This document shows, piece after piece, positions 51,161-60,359 of a stretch of 64,000 nucleotides of DNA. The notes beneath the pieces are model-generated. The model ran no database searches. It was given only the letters and a program-made list of their open reading frames with translations, and was not told the origin of the DNA. Each line of letters starts with the position of its first letter. The stretch's first letter is position 1. A program made the translations under genes and the position numbers. The stretch covers positions 44,889 through 108,888 of the forward strand of contig CAZHIA010000001.1 in assembly GCA_964532425.1 (NCBI GenBank), written 5' to 3'. The stretch comes from an uncultured Candidatus Saccharibacteria bacterium. Its GTDB lineage: Bacteria > Patescibacteriota > Doudnabacteria > UBA920.

Positions 51161-52906
51161 ATGAAACTAAAAATATTTATCTTGGCTACTGCTGCCATCT
51201 TCGTCCTCCCGTTTGCGGCCAAGGCGGAAAAGATCACGGACTTCCAGAGTGATATCTCCATCAAGGCAGATGCTTCCATCTCGGTCCGCGAAACCATCCA
51301 GTATGATTTCGAGGGTGCGAGCCGGCACGGCATTTTTCGCAACATCCCCGTATCCTACAAGGCCCGGGGCGGCAATTTTAACCTGCGCCTGGCCAACGTC
51401 CGTGTGACCGATGACGGCGGTGCATCGATACCTTTTACCAGCTCCAAGAGCGGAGCCAATATGCAGATCAAGATCGGCGATGCCAACACGCTGGTGAGTG
51501 GAGTAAAGACATACGTGATCTCGTATGATGTCAGCCGGGCTATTAATTTTTTTAAGGATCATGATGAGCTGTACTGGAATGCCACAGGCAACAACTGGAC
51601 CGTCCCAATAGAAAAATCACTGGCAACGGTCACGCTGCCGAAATCAACTGCTCGAAACGGCCTGCAATTCGACTGCTTTGCGGGGCCGTATGGTTCATCC
51701 GCCAAATGCCCGGTCATTATGGAGAGCGGCGCGTCTGAGGTTGATCGCGTGCTCTTTGGCCAGCCGGCGGAGCTTGCTTCGGGCGGCGGATTAACGGTTG
51801 TGGTCGGCTTCCCGAAAGGGCTGGTGAGCCAGCCGACGTTCTGGCAAAATCTTGTAGAAATCATTCGTGACAATGGGGTGCTGGCCGTGCCGCTACTGGT
51901 GTTGGTACTGATGTATTACCTGTGGCATACGCGCGGCCGGGACCCGAAAGGTTTCGAGACTATTGTACCGCAGTACGAAGCGCCGGAAGGGTTAACTCCG
52001 ACCGAGGTTGGGACTATTGTGGATGGGTCTGCAAGCAACCAGGATATAACGGCTGATATTATTTATCTGGCATCGCGCGGGTTCATCAAGATTACCCGGC
52101 TCGACAAGAAGATTTTGTTTTTCAACAATACCGATTACCAGCTCGACCTGGTCAAGAATCCTACCGGCCAGCTGGCTCCGTTCGAGGAGCGCATGCTCCT
52201 TGGCCTGTTCGGTATTATTGCGCCGATCGATGGCAAGGGGAGTATTCAAATTTCCGAATTGAAAGGAAAGTTCTATAAGGACCTGGCAGAAATTAAGAAC
52301 CAGGTGTACAAGTCCACGGTAGACAAAGGATATTTTGTGAGGAACCCGAAGAACGTACGCGCGGCGTACATGGCCGCAGCCTTCTTCGTCCTGGCGCTAG
52401 GGATATTTTTGGGGGCCAAGATGGGGTCGCTCTATGCGATCATAGCATTTGTGCTTTCGGCTATCATCATTTTCATTTTCAGTTTCGTGATGCCTGCCAG
52501 GACAGGCAAGGGTGCTCAGGCCCGGCAGTATATTTTAGGCCTCAAGCGCTATTTGTCTGTGGCCGAAGCTGACCGCTTGAAGTTCTTTAATGCGCCGGAC
52601 AAGACGCCGGAACGATTTGAAAAATTATTGCCCTATGCCATGGTTCTCGGCGTGGAAAATGAATGGGCCAAGCAATTTGAAGGCATGTATGTTCAGCCGC
52701 CTTCATGGTATTCAGACCCGAGCGGGCATGCATTCAATTCTGTCCTGTTGGCAAGCAGCTTGCATGGTTTTAGTAGTGCGGCCAATACCACCTTCGCGTC
52801 CCAGCCGTCCAGCCATGGCAGCGGAGCCTGGGGTGGGGGCAGCGGCTTAGGAGGAGGCGGTTTTTCTGGCGGCGGTTTTGGCGGGGGAGGAGGAGGGAGC
52901 TGGTAG
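51161..52906 (+). CDS. DUF2207 family membrane protein
   Basis: Signal peptide, HGIFRNIP, ELYWNATG, LPYAMVLG, Gly-rich tail GGGGGGSW. Confidence 0.88.
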   Translation: MKLKIFILATAAIFVLPFAAKAEKITDFQSDISIKADASISVRETIQYDFEGASRHGIFRNIPVSYKARGGNFNLRLANVRVTDDGGASIPFTSSKSGANMQIKIGDANTLVSGVKTYVISYDVSRAINFFKDHDELYWNATGNNWTVPIEKSLATVTLPKSTARNGLQFDCFAGPYGSSAKCPVIMESGASEVDRVLFGQPAELASGGGLTVVVGFPKGLVSQPTFWQNLVEIIRDNGVLAVPLLVLVLMYYLWHTRGRDPKGFETIVPQYEAPEGLTPTEVGTIVDGSASNQDITADIIYLASRGFIKITRLDKKILFFNNTDYQLDLVKNPTGQLAPFEERMLLGLFGIIAPIDGKGSIQISELKGKFYKDLAEIKNQVYKSTVDKGYFVRNPKNVRAAYMAAAFFVLALGIFLGAKMGSLYAIIAFVLSAIIIFIFSFVMPARTGKGAQARQYILGLKRYLSVAEADRLKFFNAPDKTPERFEKLLPYAMVLGVENEWAKQFEGMYVQPPSWYSDPSGHAFNSVLLASSLHGFSSAANTTFASQPSSHGSGAWGGGSGLGGGGFSGGGFGGGGGGSW

Positions 52907-53001
52907 GAATTTCAAATTTCAAATTACAAATTTCAAATTGATTTCAGTAAGAATTTGTTATTTGTAATTGATTTGAAATTTGACATTAGGAATTTGAAAT
53001 T
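52907..53001. repeat. 7-nt periodic inverted repeat (AAATTTC/AAATTAC units)
   Basis: aatttcaaatttcaaattacaaatttc...tttgaaatttg; related tracts near 9750, 44737, 45000 and 47068. Confidence 0.65.
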
Positions 53002-53655
53002 ATGGATTATCGACTGTTCCGTTCCCGTCGCCGTACTGTCTCACTCTGTATCTCTGAAGGTCAATTGGTCGTCAGGGCGCCTCTGCGATTGCCGGCTCCT
53101 GAGATCGAACGATTTATAGCCCTAAAGCAAAAGTGGATACAGAAGCATCTCCAGCACTCAAAAGCCAAAGCCCCTGCCCATGCATATAACGCAGGTGAAT
53201 TATTTTGGTATCTCGGCAAGCAATACCCGCTCTTAATAACGGATCATTTCCGCAGTAGCGTGGAATTCGACGGCGCATCATTTCATCTTTCGCGGCACAA
53301 GGCCATGCACGGCAAGAGCGTGTTCGAAAAGTGGTACCGGCAGCAGGCAGAAAAGTTGCTGGCAGAACGCACCAGGTATTATGCGGGATTGATGGAGTTA
53401 TCATATAAACGCATTACCATCAAAGATGCAAATTCGCGCTGGGGCTCGTGTTCCAGTCTCGGCAACATCAACTATTCCCTGCGCCTGGTAATGGCCCCAC
53501 TTGAGGTGATTGATTACGTGGTAGTCCACGAACTCTCGCACCTCAAACATCAGAACCATTCATCACGTTTTTGGGAGTTAGTCGGCCGGTTTTGTCCCGC
53601 GTACCGAAGTTTCAGGATGTGGCTCAAAAAGAACGGGCAGAAATTAACATACTAA
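53002..53655 (+). CDS. YgjP/DUF45 (M48-like) metallohydrolase
   Basis: RSRRRT, RWGSCS, YVVVHELSHL...NHS..FW. Confidence 0.88.
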   Translation: MDYRLFRSRRRTVSLCISEGQLVVRAPLRLPAPEIERFIALKQKWIQKHLQHSKAKAPAHAYNAGELFWYLGKQYPLLITDHFRSSVEFDGASFHLSRHKAMHGKSVFEKWYRQQAEKLLAERTRYYAGLMELSYKRITIKDANSRWGSCSSLGNINYSLRLVMAPLEVIDYVVVHELSHLKHQNHSSRFWELVGRFCPAYRSFRMWLKKNGQKLTY

Positions 53656-53785
53656 CAGGTGTCATTGCGAGCCCGAGTGCAGCCGAGGGCGTGGCAATCT
53701 TACAAGATGAGATTGCTTCGTCAGCAAGATAAGGCCCTTGCTTCCTCGCAATGACAGCGCCATAAATAATTTTGTCAATTGTACT

Positions 53786-54244
53786 ATGCTCGTTATTACT
53801 CCTCCTCATCAATATTTTAAAACTGGTCAATCATCGGTAATCTTTTTAGCCGGCAGCATAGAAATGGATAAGGCTGAACCGTGGCAGGATCGGGTCATTG
53901 ACCAGCTCAAAGAGCTGGATGTAACTGTTTTAAATCCCCGCCGAGAACACTGGGACACCAGCTTGCGCCAAGCGGTGGACGAGCCTAAATTCAGAGAACA
54001 GGTGGAATGGGAGCTTGAGGGGCTCGAACAGGCGGATGTTATTGCCATGTACCTGGACCCAGCAACCAAGTCGCCCATTTCTCTATTGGAGCTTGGTCTC
54101 CACGCCCGCAGCGGCAAACTCATTGTCTGCTGCCCGAACGGTTTCTGGCGGCAGGGGAATGTGGCAGTAACCTGCCAAAAGTACGGTGTGCCATATTTTA
54201 CCAACGAACAAGACTGGTTGGCAGAAATTCGGAAAAGATTATAA
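53786..54244 (+). CDS. Nucleoside 2-deoxyribosyltransferase-like protein
   Basis: IFLAGSI, NPRR, QVEWE, SPISLLELGL. Confidence 0.85.
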   Translation: MLVITPPHQYFKTGQSSVIFLAGSIEMDKAEPWQDRVIDQLKELDVTVLNPRREHWDTSLRQAVDEPKFREQVEWELEGLEQADVIAMYLDPATKSPISLLELGLHARSGKLIVCCPNGFWRQGNVAVTCQKYGVPYFTNEQDWLAEIRKRL

Positions 54245-54371
54245 AGATCACCATACAAAGAGAGTCTTTTGCTCCGTTAATCGGCGGAATGCAAAAGACT
54301 CTCTTTGTATTTTAATGGTTGACCGTATTGCCTTTTTCCATTAAAATAGTGAGAATATATACGGAGGAATT

Positions 54372-54779
54372 ATGGCTGAACTGTTTGTGTTGGCATTGCT
54401 GGGCCATTTGGTTGGTGATTATTTGCTGCAAAGCAAACGCATGGCCTTGGGAAAATCCCAAGAGGGGATCGCGGGAATTGGATGGTGTGCTTTCCATGTT
54501 GCACTCTACACCGCAGCAGTTGCCGTATTCTGGCAGCGGTTCGATCTCGTGACGTTGCTGCTCATCTTCGTACCGCACTTTGTGATGGATCGGTATTCAC
54601 TGGGGAGTGCATGGCTGAAACTGATCCGCGGCCGGACGTTCGAGTCGGCCTACACCTCGACCGACAAATACCGCGAGTTCGACATTGCCTTTACCTGTCT
54701 GGTCTACGCGGTGGTTGACAATACCTTCCACTTGCTGTCGCTGTGGGCGGTAGCAAAATTCTGGTTACTCAGGAGCTGA
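54372..54779 (+). CDS. DUF3307 family membrane protein
   Basis: GHLVGDYLLQ, PHFVMD, VDNTFH. Confidence 0.8.
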   Translation: MAELFVLALLGHLVGDYLLQSKRMALGKSQEGIAGIGWCAFHVALYTAAVAVFWQRFDLVTLLLIFVPHFVMDRYSLGSAWLKLIRGRTFESAYTSTDKYREFDIAFTCLVYAVVDNTFHLLSLWAVAKFWLLRS

Positions 54780-54780
54780 T

Positions 54781-55272
54781 ATGGCACGCACAATCGCTGT
54801 TTTTCCGGGCACATTTGACCCTCCGCATCTGGGACATCTCGACACGCTGAATCAGGCTGTTGCCACCTTCGACCAGGTCTATTGGGTGGTAGGCACTTCC
54901 GGTGCCAAGGTCCCTATGTTTCCTTTGCCGGCCCGTACGGCCATGATGCTTGCTATGGCCGAGAAGCATCCGGACGCTTCCAAAATCGTCGTGGCCGACT
55001 TCCCGGACCTGTTGGTTGACTATGCGGATTCGGTCGGGGCGACTCACATTGTGCGCAGCTTGCGCATGGGTACGGATTTCGAGTTTGAATATCCCATGAC
55101 CCTGACGAATCGCCATATGAAACCAGGGTTGATAACGGTCTACTTTCCGGCTTTCCAAGAGCACATGCACATCAGTTCCACCGCGGTGCGGGAATTGATT
55201 CGCCTCGGGAAAGACCCGGAATTCATGGTCGGACCGACTATTGCCCAGATGATCAGAGTGGCAGCGCGGTGA
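54781..55272 (+). CDS. coaD: Pantetheine-phosphate adenylyltransferase
   Basis: FPGTFDPPHLGH, RSLR..TDFEFE, ISSTAVRE. Confidence 0.82.
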   Translation: MARTIAVFPGTFDPPHLGHLDTLNQAVATFDQVYWVVGTSGAKVPMFPLPARTAMMLAMAEKHPDASKIVVADFPDLLVDYADSVGATHIVRSLRMGTDFEFEYPMTLTNRHMKPGLITVYFPAFQEHMHISSTAVRELIRLGKDPEFMVGPTIAQMIRVAAR

Positions 55273-55495
55273 ACAACGCCTGGCGTTCCCTTCGGGGAAC
55301 GCTTTTATTTTATAATATCCTTGATGGAAATCTTCCTGAGGTATGCGCTCAGCGTTATATCCGCGTAGAAATCCGCGATAGATCAGCGGTTAGATCTATC
55401 GGTATTTTGGTCGCTTGCGAAATTAAAGTGGGTTGTGGATAATAAGTATTCTTGCGAGTTTTCGGGCACTTGACAGGTTTTTGAAAGCGGTTTAA

Positions 55496-55516
55496 TATGT
55501 GTATGTAATACACTAA
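55496..55516. promoter_or_regulatory. Putative NrtR operator 1 (autoregulation)
   Basis: tatGTGTAtgtaaTACACtaa overlapping the -10/start region of a promoter with TTGACA at 55470. Confidence 0.7.
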
Positions 55517-55642
55517 TTGGACGTCAGACAGCGTAGGTTGTCATTGCGAGTGAAGCCGAAGCAATCTTCTGATGGGGGAAAGATTGCTTCGGCTAAAAGA
55601 TAAAGCCCTTTTAGGCTCGCAATGACAAGGAGAAGAGAAGAC

Positions 55643-56317
55643 ATGAAGACTATTACCCAAAAATATGAGTTTGCCGTAATAGCTACCGATGTGGTCATTT
55701 TTACGGTCAAAGACGGCCAGCTCCAGGTTCTGCTCATCAAAATGAAAAAGGCTCCGTTTACGGGCAAGTGGGCGGTACCGGGTGGGTTGGTTCGGGGTAA
55801 TGAATCGGTGGAAGCTGCGGCTCTGCGGCAGCTGCTCAGTAAGACCGGGGTAGGCGACGTGTATTTGGAGCAGCTCTATACTTTTGGCGACGTTGGACGG
55901 GATCCGTTTGGGCGGGTGGTCTCCGTAGCTTATTTTGCCTTAATTCCGAATGCGGGCATGAAAATTTTTACCACAGACGAATACGAGGATATTGCCTGGT
56001 TCCCGGTCAACAAGCTGCCGGTCTTGGCTTACGATCATGACAAAGTCATCAAGACCGCTGTCTCGCGCCTGCGCAGCAAGCTGGAATATACTAACGTAGT
56101 CTATAGCCTCTTGCCGGCAAATTTCACTCTGAGCGAACTGCAGGAAGCATATGAAGTCATTTTGGGCCGGAAGCTGGATAAGCGCAATTTTCGCAAGAAG
56201 ATCTTGTCTTTAGGGCTCATTAAAAAGACTGGCAAGAAGCGCCTCGGGGGAGTGGGCCAGCCAGCAGAGTTGTTCTGCTTTGCCAAACGCAAGCCGCAGA
56301 ACGTGGAGATGTTGTAA
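55643..56317 (+). CDS. nrtR: NrtR family Nudix-related transcriptional regulator
   Basis: Degenerate Nudix box GGLVRGNESVEAAALRQLLSKTGV, LEQLYTFG..RDP, LAYDH; winged HTH FTLSELQ..YE.ILG..LDKRNFRKK. Confidence 0.9.
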   Translation: MKTITQKYEFAVIATDVVIFTVKDGQLQVLLIKMKKAPFTGKWAVPGGLVRGNESVEAAALRQLLSKTGVGDVYLEQLYTFGDVGRDPFGRVVSVAYFALIPNAGMKIFTTDEYEDIAWFPVNKLPVLAYDHDKVIKTAVSRLRSKLEYTNVVYSLLPANFTLSELQEAYEVILGRKLDKRNFRKKILSLGLIKKTGKKRLGGVGQPAELFCFAKRKPQNVEML

Positions 56318-56427
56318 AGCTTGAAAAAACATTTAACCTTTAACAATTGACCTTTGACCGGTTCGATTAAGTTAAATGTCAATGGTCATATGTCAAATGT
56401 TGGCCCCCTATATTTTTTTCTTCTTAA

Positions 56428-56448
56428 TTAGTGTAAAAAATACACCAT
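56428..56448. promoter_or_regulatory. Putative NrtR operator 2
   Basis: ttaGTGTAaaaaaTACACcat upstream of the SPFH operon; same GTGTA-N5-TACAC core as operator 1. Confidence 0.7.
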
Positions 56449-56771
56449 ATGTAAACTATCCATTGGGTATGTCATTGCGAGGAGTACAATCGATCGAAGA
56501 TCCGCCATATCCGTCTTGGCGGAGGAGGCGGACAAAGCAATCTTTATTTTTTACTCTTTGTTCATGGGTAGGAAAGATTGCCACGCTCGGATGCACCTGC
56601 CTACCGGCAGGTAGGCTCGCTCGCAATGACAGATAAGTCGCAGGTTTTGCCAGGGAGCCTTTGGGCCACTGCTTGATGTCGCGTTGGGCAGCGGTATCCA
56701 TGGGCTCCCCGGCAAGCCCTGCCTCAAAAGCAGAGCCTGAAGCAGTACCTTGTTTGGCATAAGGAGGAACT

Positions 56772-57659
56772 ATGTTAGGTTTAGGATACTACCGTCCCCA
56801 TTCGACGACGGATTTCGTCGCCAAGTTTGTGGAAGGGAAGCTGCGCAGCCAAGGCCAGGGTAAGCCGTTCTTTTACGGCCCCCGCACTTCCATTGCCCGC
56901 GTGCCCACCACCGAACAGGCCATTACGTTCCTGTTCCGTGAAGCGACGAGCGACAGCCAGCAGCTGGTTGTCCAGGGTACGTGCTACGTGAAGTTCGATC
57001 CCGCCCGGCTCATCCAGCGGTACGATTTCACCATCAACCCGGTGCGCGACGCGTACGTGGATGCCGATGTACTGGAACGGATCAAGAACGAGATTCGGTC
57101 CCAGCTGCAGCAGTATGTTCGCGAACAGGTTCAGGACAAGGAGTTGGAAGAGCATATGGCCAATACCGCCGTGCTTGACCAGTCCATCAGCTCCTCGGCA
57201 ACAGCCGGCAAAGAAAAGTTTGCCGCGCTCGGCGCGCTCGACCTTCGGCTGTTCGTCAGCGGTATCGAGCCGGGTAACAAAGACCTGCAAAAGGCTTTGG
57301 AAGCCAAAAAGCGCGAAGATCTGCTGTCGCAGGCTGACCGCGCCCAGGCCGATCGCCACAAGGCTGCCGCTGAGAACCAGCGGGAGCTGCGCGAGTACGA
57401 ATCGGAGACCGAGCTGATCATGGAGAAAAAGCGCGAAGAGCTGATCGCCGTGCAGAACGGCAACTTGGTCAAGGAAGCTGAAGCGCAGGCCGAAGCATCG
57501 TCCAAAAAACTGGGACCCTACGTGAACCTCGAGCCTTCGCTCGTATTTGCCCTGGCGCTCCAGGAACTCGCCCGCGAAGGCCATGTCGGCCAGCTCAACA
57601 TCAGTCCCGATCTGCTGACCGCGCTGCAGCACGCCACTAATGGCAGTGTGCGGTCATAA
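56772..57659 (+). CDS. SPFH/band-7 domain protein (NrtX-like)
   Basis: GKPFFY.PRTSIARVP, TSDSQQLVVQG, C-terminal coiled coil, LNISPDLL; AAGGAGG RBS. Confidence 0.8.
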   Translation: MLGLGYYRPHSTTDFVAKFVEGKLRSQGQGKPFFYGPRTSIARVPTTEQAITFLFREATSDSQQLVVQGTCYVKFDPARLIQRYDFTINPVRDAYVDADVLERIKNEIRSQLQQYVREQVQDKELEEHMANTAVLDQSISSSATAGKEKFAALGALDLRLFVSGIEPGNKDLQKALEAKKREDLLSQADRAQADRHKAAAENQRELREYESETELIMEKKREELIAVQNGNLVKEAEAQAEASSKKLGPYVNLEPSLVFALALQELAREGHVGQLNISPDLLTALQHATNGSVRS

Positions 57660-57671
57660 GGAGCAATCCAT

Positions 57672-58592
57672 ATGTTCGAACGTATCGTTGTCGTGACGAA
57701 GAAGACGCCGCTCGAGGAACTCCTCGAGCGGCACTACAGCAGGGAACAGGCTGCGTTCTTTCTGAAAAGCCGCGGCAACGACATTGCGGCATATGAGGCA
57801 GTGCATGCCCGGTACCAATCATCACTCCAGTACCTGCTCTCCGCGCTACCTGAAACCGTTCCAAACCACCGCATCGAACGCGGTTCAGTCGCCAGTTTTT
57901 TATTCCGGGCGACAGATCTCATTATCGCGATCGGACCGGACGGGCTGGTGGCTAATGTCGCCAAGTATGCGGCTGGTCAGCCTATTCTTGCGGTGAATCC
58001 CGACCCGGCCAACATTGACGGCGTCCTGGTAAGGTTCCAAGTTCAGGAGGTTATCCGGATATTGCCCGAAATTTTGCGCGAGAAATATTCCGTCGATGAA
58101 TTGACGCTCGCGGAAGCGACTACCAATGACGGCCAGCGCCTGCTGGCCGTCAATGACTTCCTGGTGGGCCGCCGTGACCAGATCTCGGCCCGTTACACTA
58201 TTGAATTCGCCGGTTGCCGCGAGCGGCAGTCCAGCAGTGGCATTTTGGTCTCGACCGGGGTTGGTTCCAGCGGTTGGCTGTCCTCCGTGGCCGGCCAGAT
58301 AGAACGGCTTTCCGGTTGCCGGCCTGTCATAGCAGGGGAGAATATCCCGTTTTCTTGGCAGGCTAAACATCTGGTATTCGTGGTCCGCGAACCATTCGCC
58401 TCACGCTCCACCGGGACCGGGATTGTCTGTGAGAAGATTACCGGGTCCCTACCGCTGACCGTCTATTCCGAAATGCCGGAAGGTGGCGTCGTCTTTTCCG
58501 ACGGCGTTCCGGAAGATGCGTTGGAATTCAACTCGGGAAGTGTCCTAACTATTAGCCTTGCATCCCAGCGAGCTCGGCTCATTGCCATATAA
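57672..58592 (+). CDS. Atypical NAD-kinase-like protein (NrtY-like)
   Basis: GPDG in place of GGDG, VND, QSSSGILVSTGVGSSGW, FSDG. Confidence 0.78.
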   Translation: MFERIVVVTKKTPLEELLERHYSREQAAFFLKSRGNDIAAYEAVHARYQSSLQYLLSALPETVPNHRIERGSVASFLFRATDLIIAIGPDGLVANVAKYAAGQPILAVNPDPANIDGVLVRFQVQEVIRILPEILREKYSVDELTLAEATTNDGQRLLAVNDFLVGRRDQISARYTIEFAGCRERQSSSGILVSTGVGSSGWLSSVAGQIERLSGCRPVIAGENIPFSWQAKHLVFVVREPFASRSTGTGIVCEKITGSLPLTVYSEMPEGGVVFSDGVPEDALEFNSGSVLTISLASQRARLIAI

Positions 58593-58698
58593 TCAAATAC
58601 TGCGGCAGTATTACATACTGCCGCAGTTCCGCTTTAAATCCTGTTGTAAAGAAAAGAACGCCGAGAATTATTCCCGGCGCTCGAGCTGCACTCTGCTT

Positions 58699-59178
58699 TT
58701 ATTCGATCCAGACGATGATCCCTTCCTTGGGATCCATCTCGTAATCCGACGGTTCCCGTCCCATAACGTTCCGAAACAACTCAAGGAATAACGGTTTGAA
58801 CGCCGTGCTCAGTGTTGGCCTTGATTCCCGCATGAAGCTTTCGCTGTTTCTGAATCTGCCCCACAGTCTAATAGCGCTCAGGATATCGAACTCCTTTCCT
58901 TTGAAAAAGCTTTTGTCATCGGGGAAAATTGGCCCGAGGAATTTGTGGTGGACGCGGCATGCCAGACCTTTCCAGATGTCAAATTTACCTTCGTTTATGA
59001 CGAGAATGCAATCTTCGCCTTCACACTTGCACTTTTTCAAATCGGAATTTCCGTGACTGAGAGGGACTTCTTCGGCGGTCTCGTAGAGGGTGGCGAGCAT
59101 TAATTCGCTCGTCCCGTAGTACCGGCCGTAGAGTCGGAAACCGTCTTTGAAGACAACCTCGGTTGGATAGTGTGCCAT
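58699..59178 (-). CDS. Hypothetical protein
   Basis: AGGAGG RBS; CxC and C..H motifs. Confidence 0.6.
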   Translation of the reverse strand: MAHYPTEVVFKDGFRLYGRYYGTSELMLATLYETAEEVPLSHGNSDLKKCKCEGEDCILVINEGKFDIWKGLACRVHHKFLGPIFPDDKSFFKGKEFDILSAIRLWGRFRNSESFMRESRPTLSTAFKPLFLELFRNVMGREPSDYEMDPKEGIIVWIE

Positions 59179-59277
59179 ATTTTCCTCCTGAAATCGTAAT
59201 GAAAATGTTGACCACATACTATACATTAATATGTTAATTTTGTCAAATGTTTCAACGTTTTTATAATAATTAATCTC

Positions 59278-59306
59278 TTGACAATAAGTGGTTTGTTATG
59301 TATACT
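59278..59306 (+). promoter_or_regulatory. Sigma70-like promoter of the PP2C-kinase operon
   Basis: TTGACA-17nt-TATACT. Confidence 0.7.
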
Positions 59307-59473
59307 CCTAGGTCAACAAAAATTGAGAAAAGCAAGAGGCCAGGGACTTGGAGTCACAACGCGACCACTCTAAGTCTCTTGCCTTATGCCCAAAAAGCTT
59401 TAAGACAAGAACGAACCTTAAAAATTTGCTCTCACTCGATTTACGCAGTTAGTTTAGAATCAGGAGGTAACGG

Positions 59474-60358
59474 ATGCCCCAGCAATACCAGGAGTTTGAA
59501 ATAGCCGGTGGCAGCATTGTGGGAACGGACCATGTCGGACCGCCCCAGCTGCTGCTCGGTAAGAATAACCAGGATGCGTACGCCATCGTAGACCAGCCGA
59601 CCTATAAGATCGGTATCGTGTGCGACGGCTGCGGATCTGGATCCCATAGCGAAGCTGGCTCCCAGTTAGGCGCCATCCAAATTGCGACCGCTCTCGACAA
59701 TTGCCTGGTCCGGCAAGGCTTCGGTTCCCTAAGCTTTGAACAAGCTGAAGGTTCCGTCGCCATGATGCTGGAACGGGTGCGTCAGGACGTTCTCGCACAT
59801 TTGCGCATACAAGCGCTGACCATGGGGAGCAGCCTGTCTAAGACTGTGAACGAATATTTTCTGTTCACGGCCGTAGGCGCGGTTTTGACCCAAGGTTGGA
59901 CGGCGATTTTCACTCACGGCGACGGAGTGTTCCGCCTCAACGGAGAGGAAGTGTTCATTCCTCCCGAGGAGGGGAACCAGCCGCTGTACATGGCCTACGC
60001 CCTCACCGGATCTTCATTGACGGATACCAGGCCGGAACTGCTTCAGTTCCGCATTCACCGTTTGATCAAGACCTGGAACGTCAACGACATTGTCATCGGT
60101 TCCGACGGTGCGGCAGACTTCGCCTCGATCGCCAACAAAATCGTTCCCGGCAAACAGGAGCCGGCAGGAGACCTGTCCCAGTTTTTAGCGGACAAGTACT
60201 TTGCCATTCCTGATGCCATCCGCAGAAGACTCGCCATGATCAATACCCGCAGAACTCGCATGAATAGCGAGCGAAACGGACTATCGATCGAGAATGGCCT
60301 TCTGCCGGACGATACGACTGTTGTCGCTATCCGGCGCAAGCCGGCCCAGGAGGGCTGA
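59474..60358 (+). CDS. PP2C-like phosphatase (TerY-P triad, YegK-like)
   Basis: GSIVGTDH, NNQDA, VCDGCGSG..SE.G, HGDG, GSDG, DDTT. Confidence 0.85.
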   Translation: MPQQYQEFEIAGGSIVGTDHVGPPQLLLGKNNQDAYAIVDQPTYKIGIVCDGCGSGSHSEAGSQLGAIQIATALDNCLVRQGFGSLSFEQAEGSVAMMLERVRQDVLAHLRIQALTMGSSLSKTVNEYFLFTAVGAVLTQGWTAIFTHGDGVFRLNGEEVFIPPEEGNQPLYMAYALTGSSLTDTRPELLQFRIHRLIKTWNVNDIVIGSDGAADFASIANKIVPGKQEPAGDLSQFLADKYFAIPDAIRRRLAMINTRRTRMNSERNGLSIENGLLPDDTTVVAIRRKPAQEG

Positions 60359-60359
60359 G

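Noticed and set aside
55643-56317. Active Nudix hydrolase
   Set aside because: The catalytic glutamates are missing and a C-terminal winged HTH is present, which fits NrtR.
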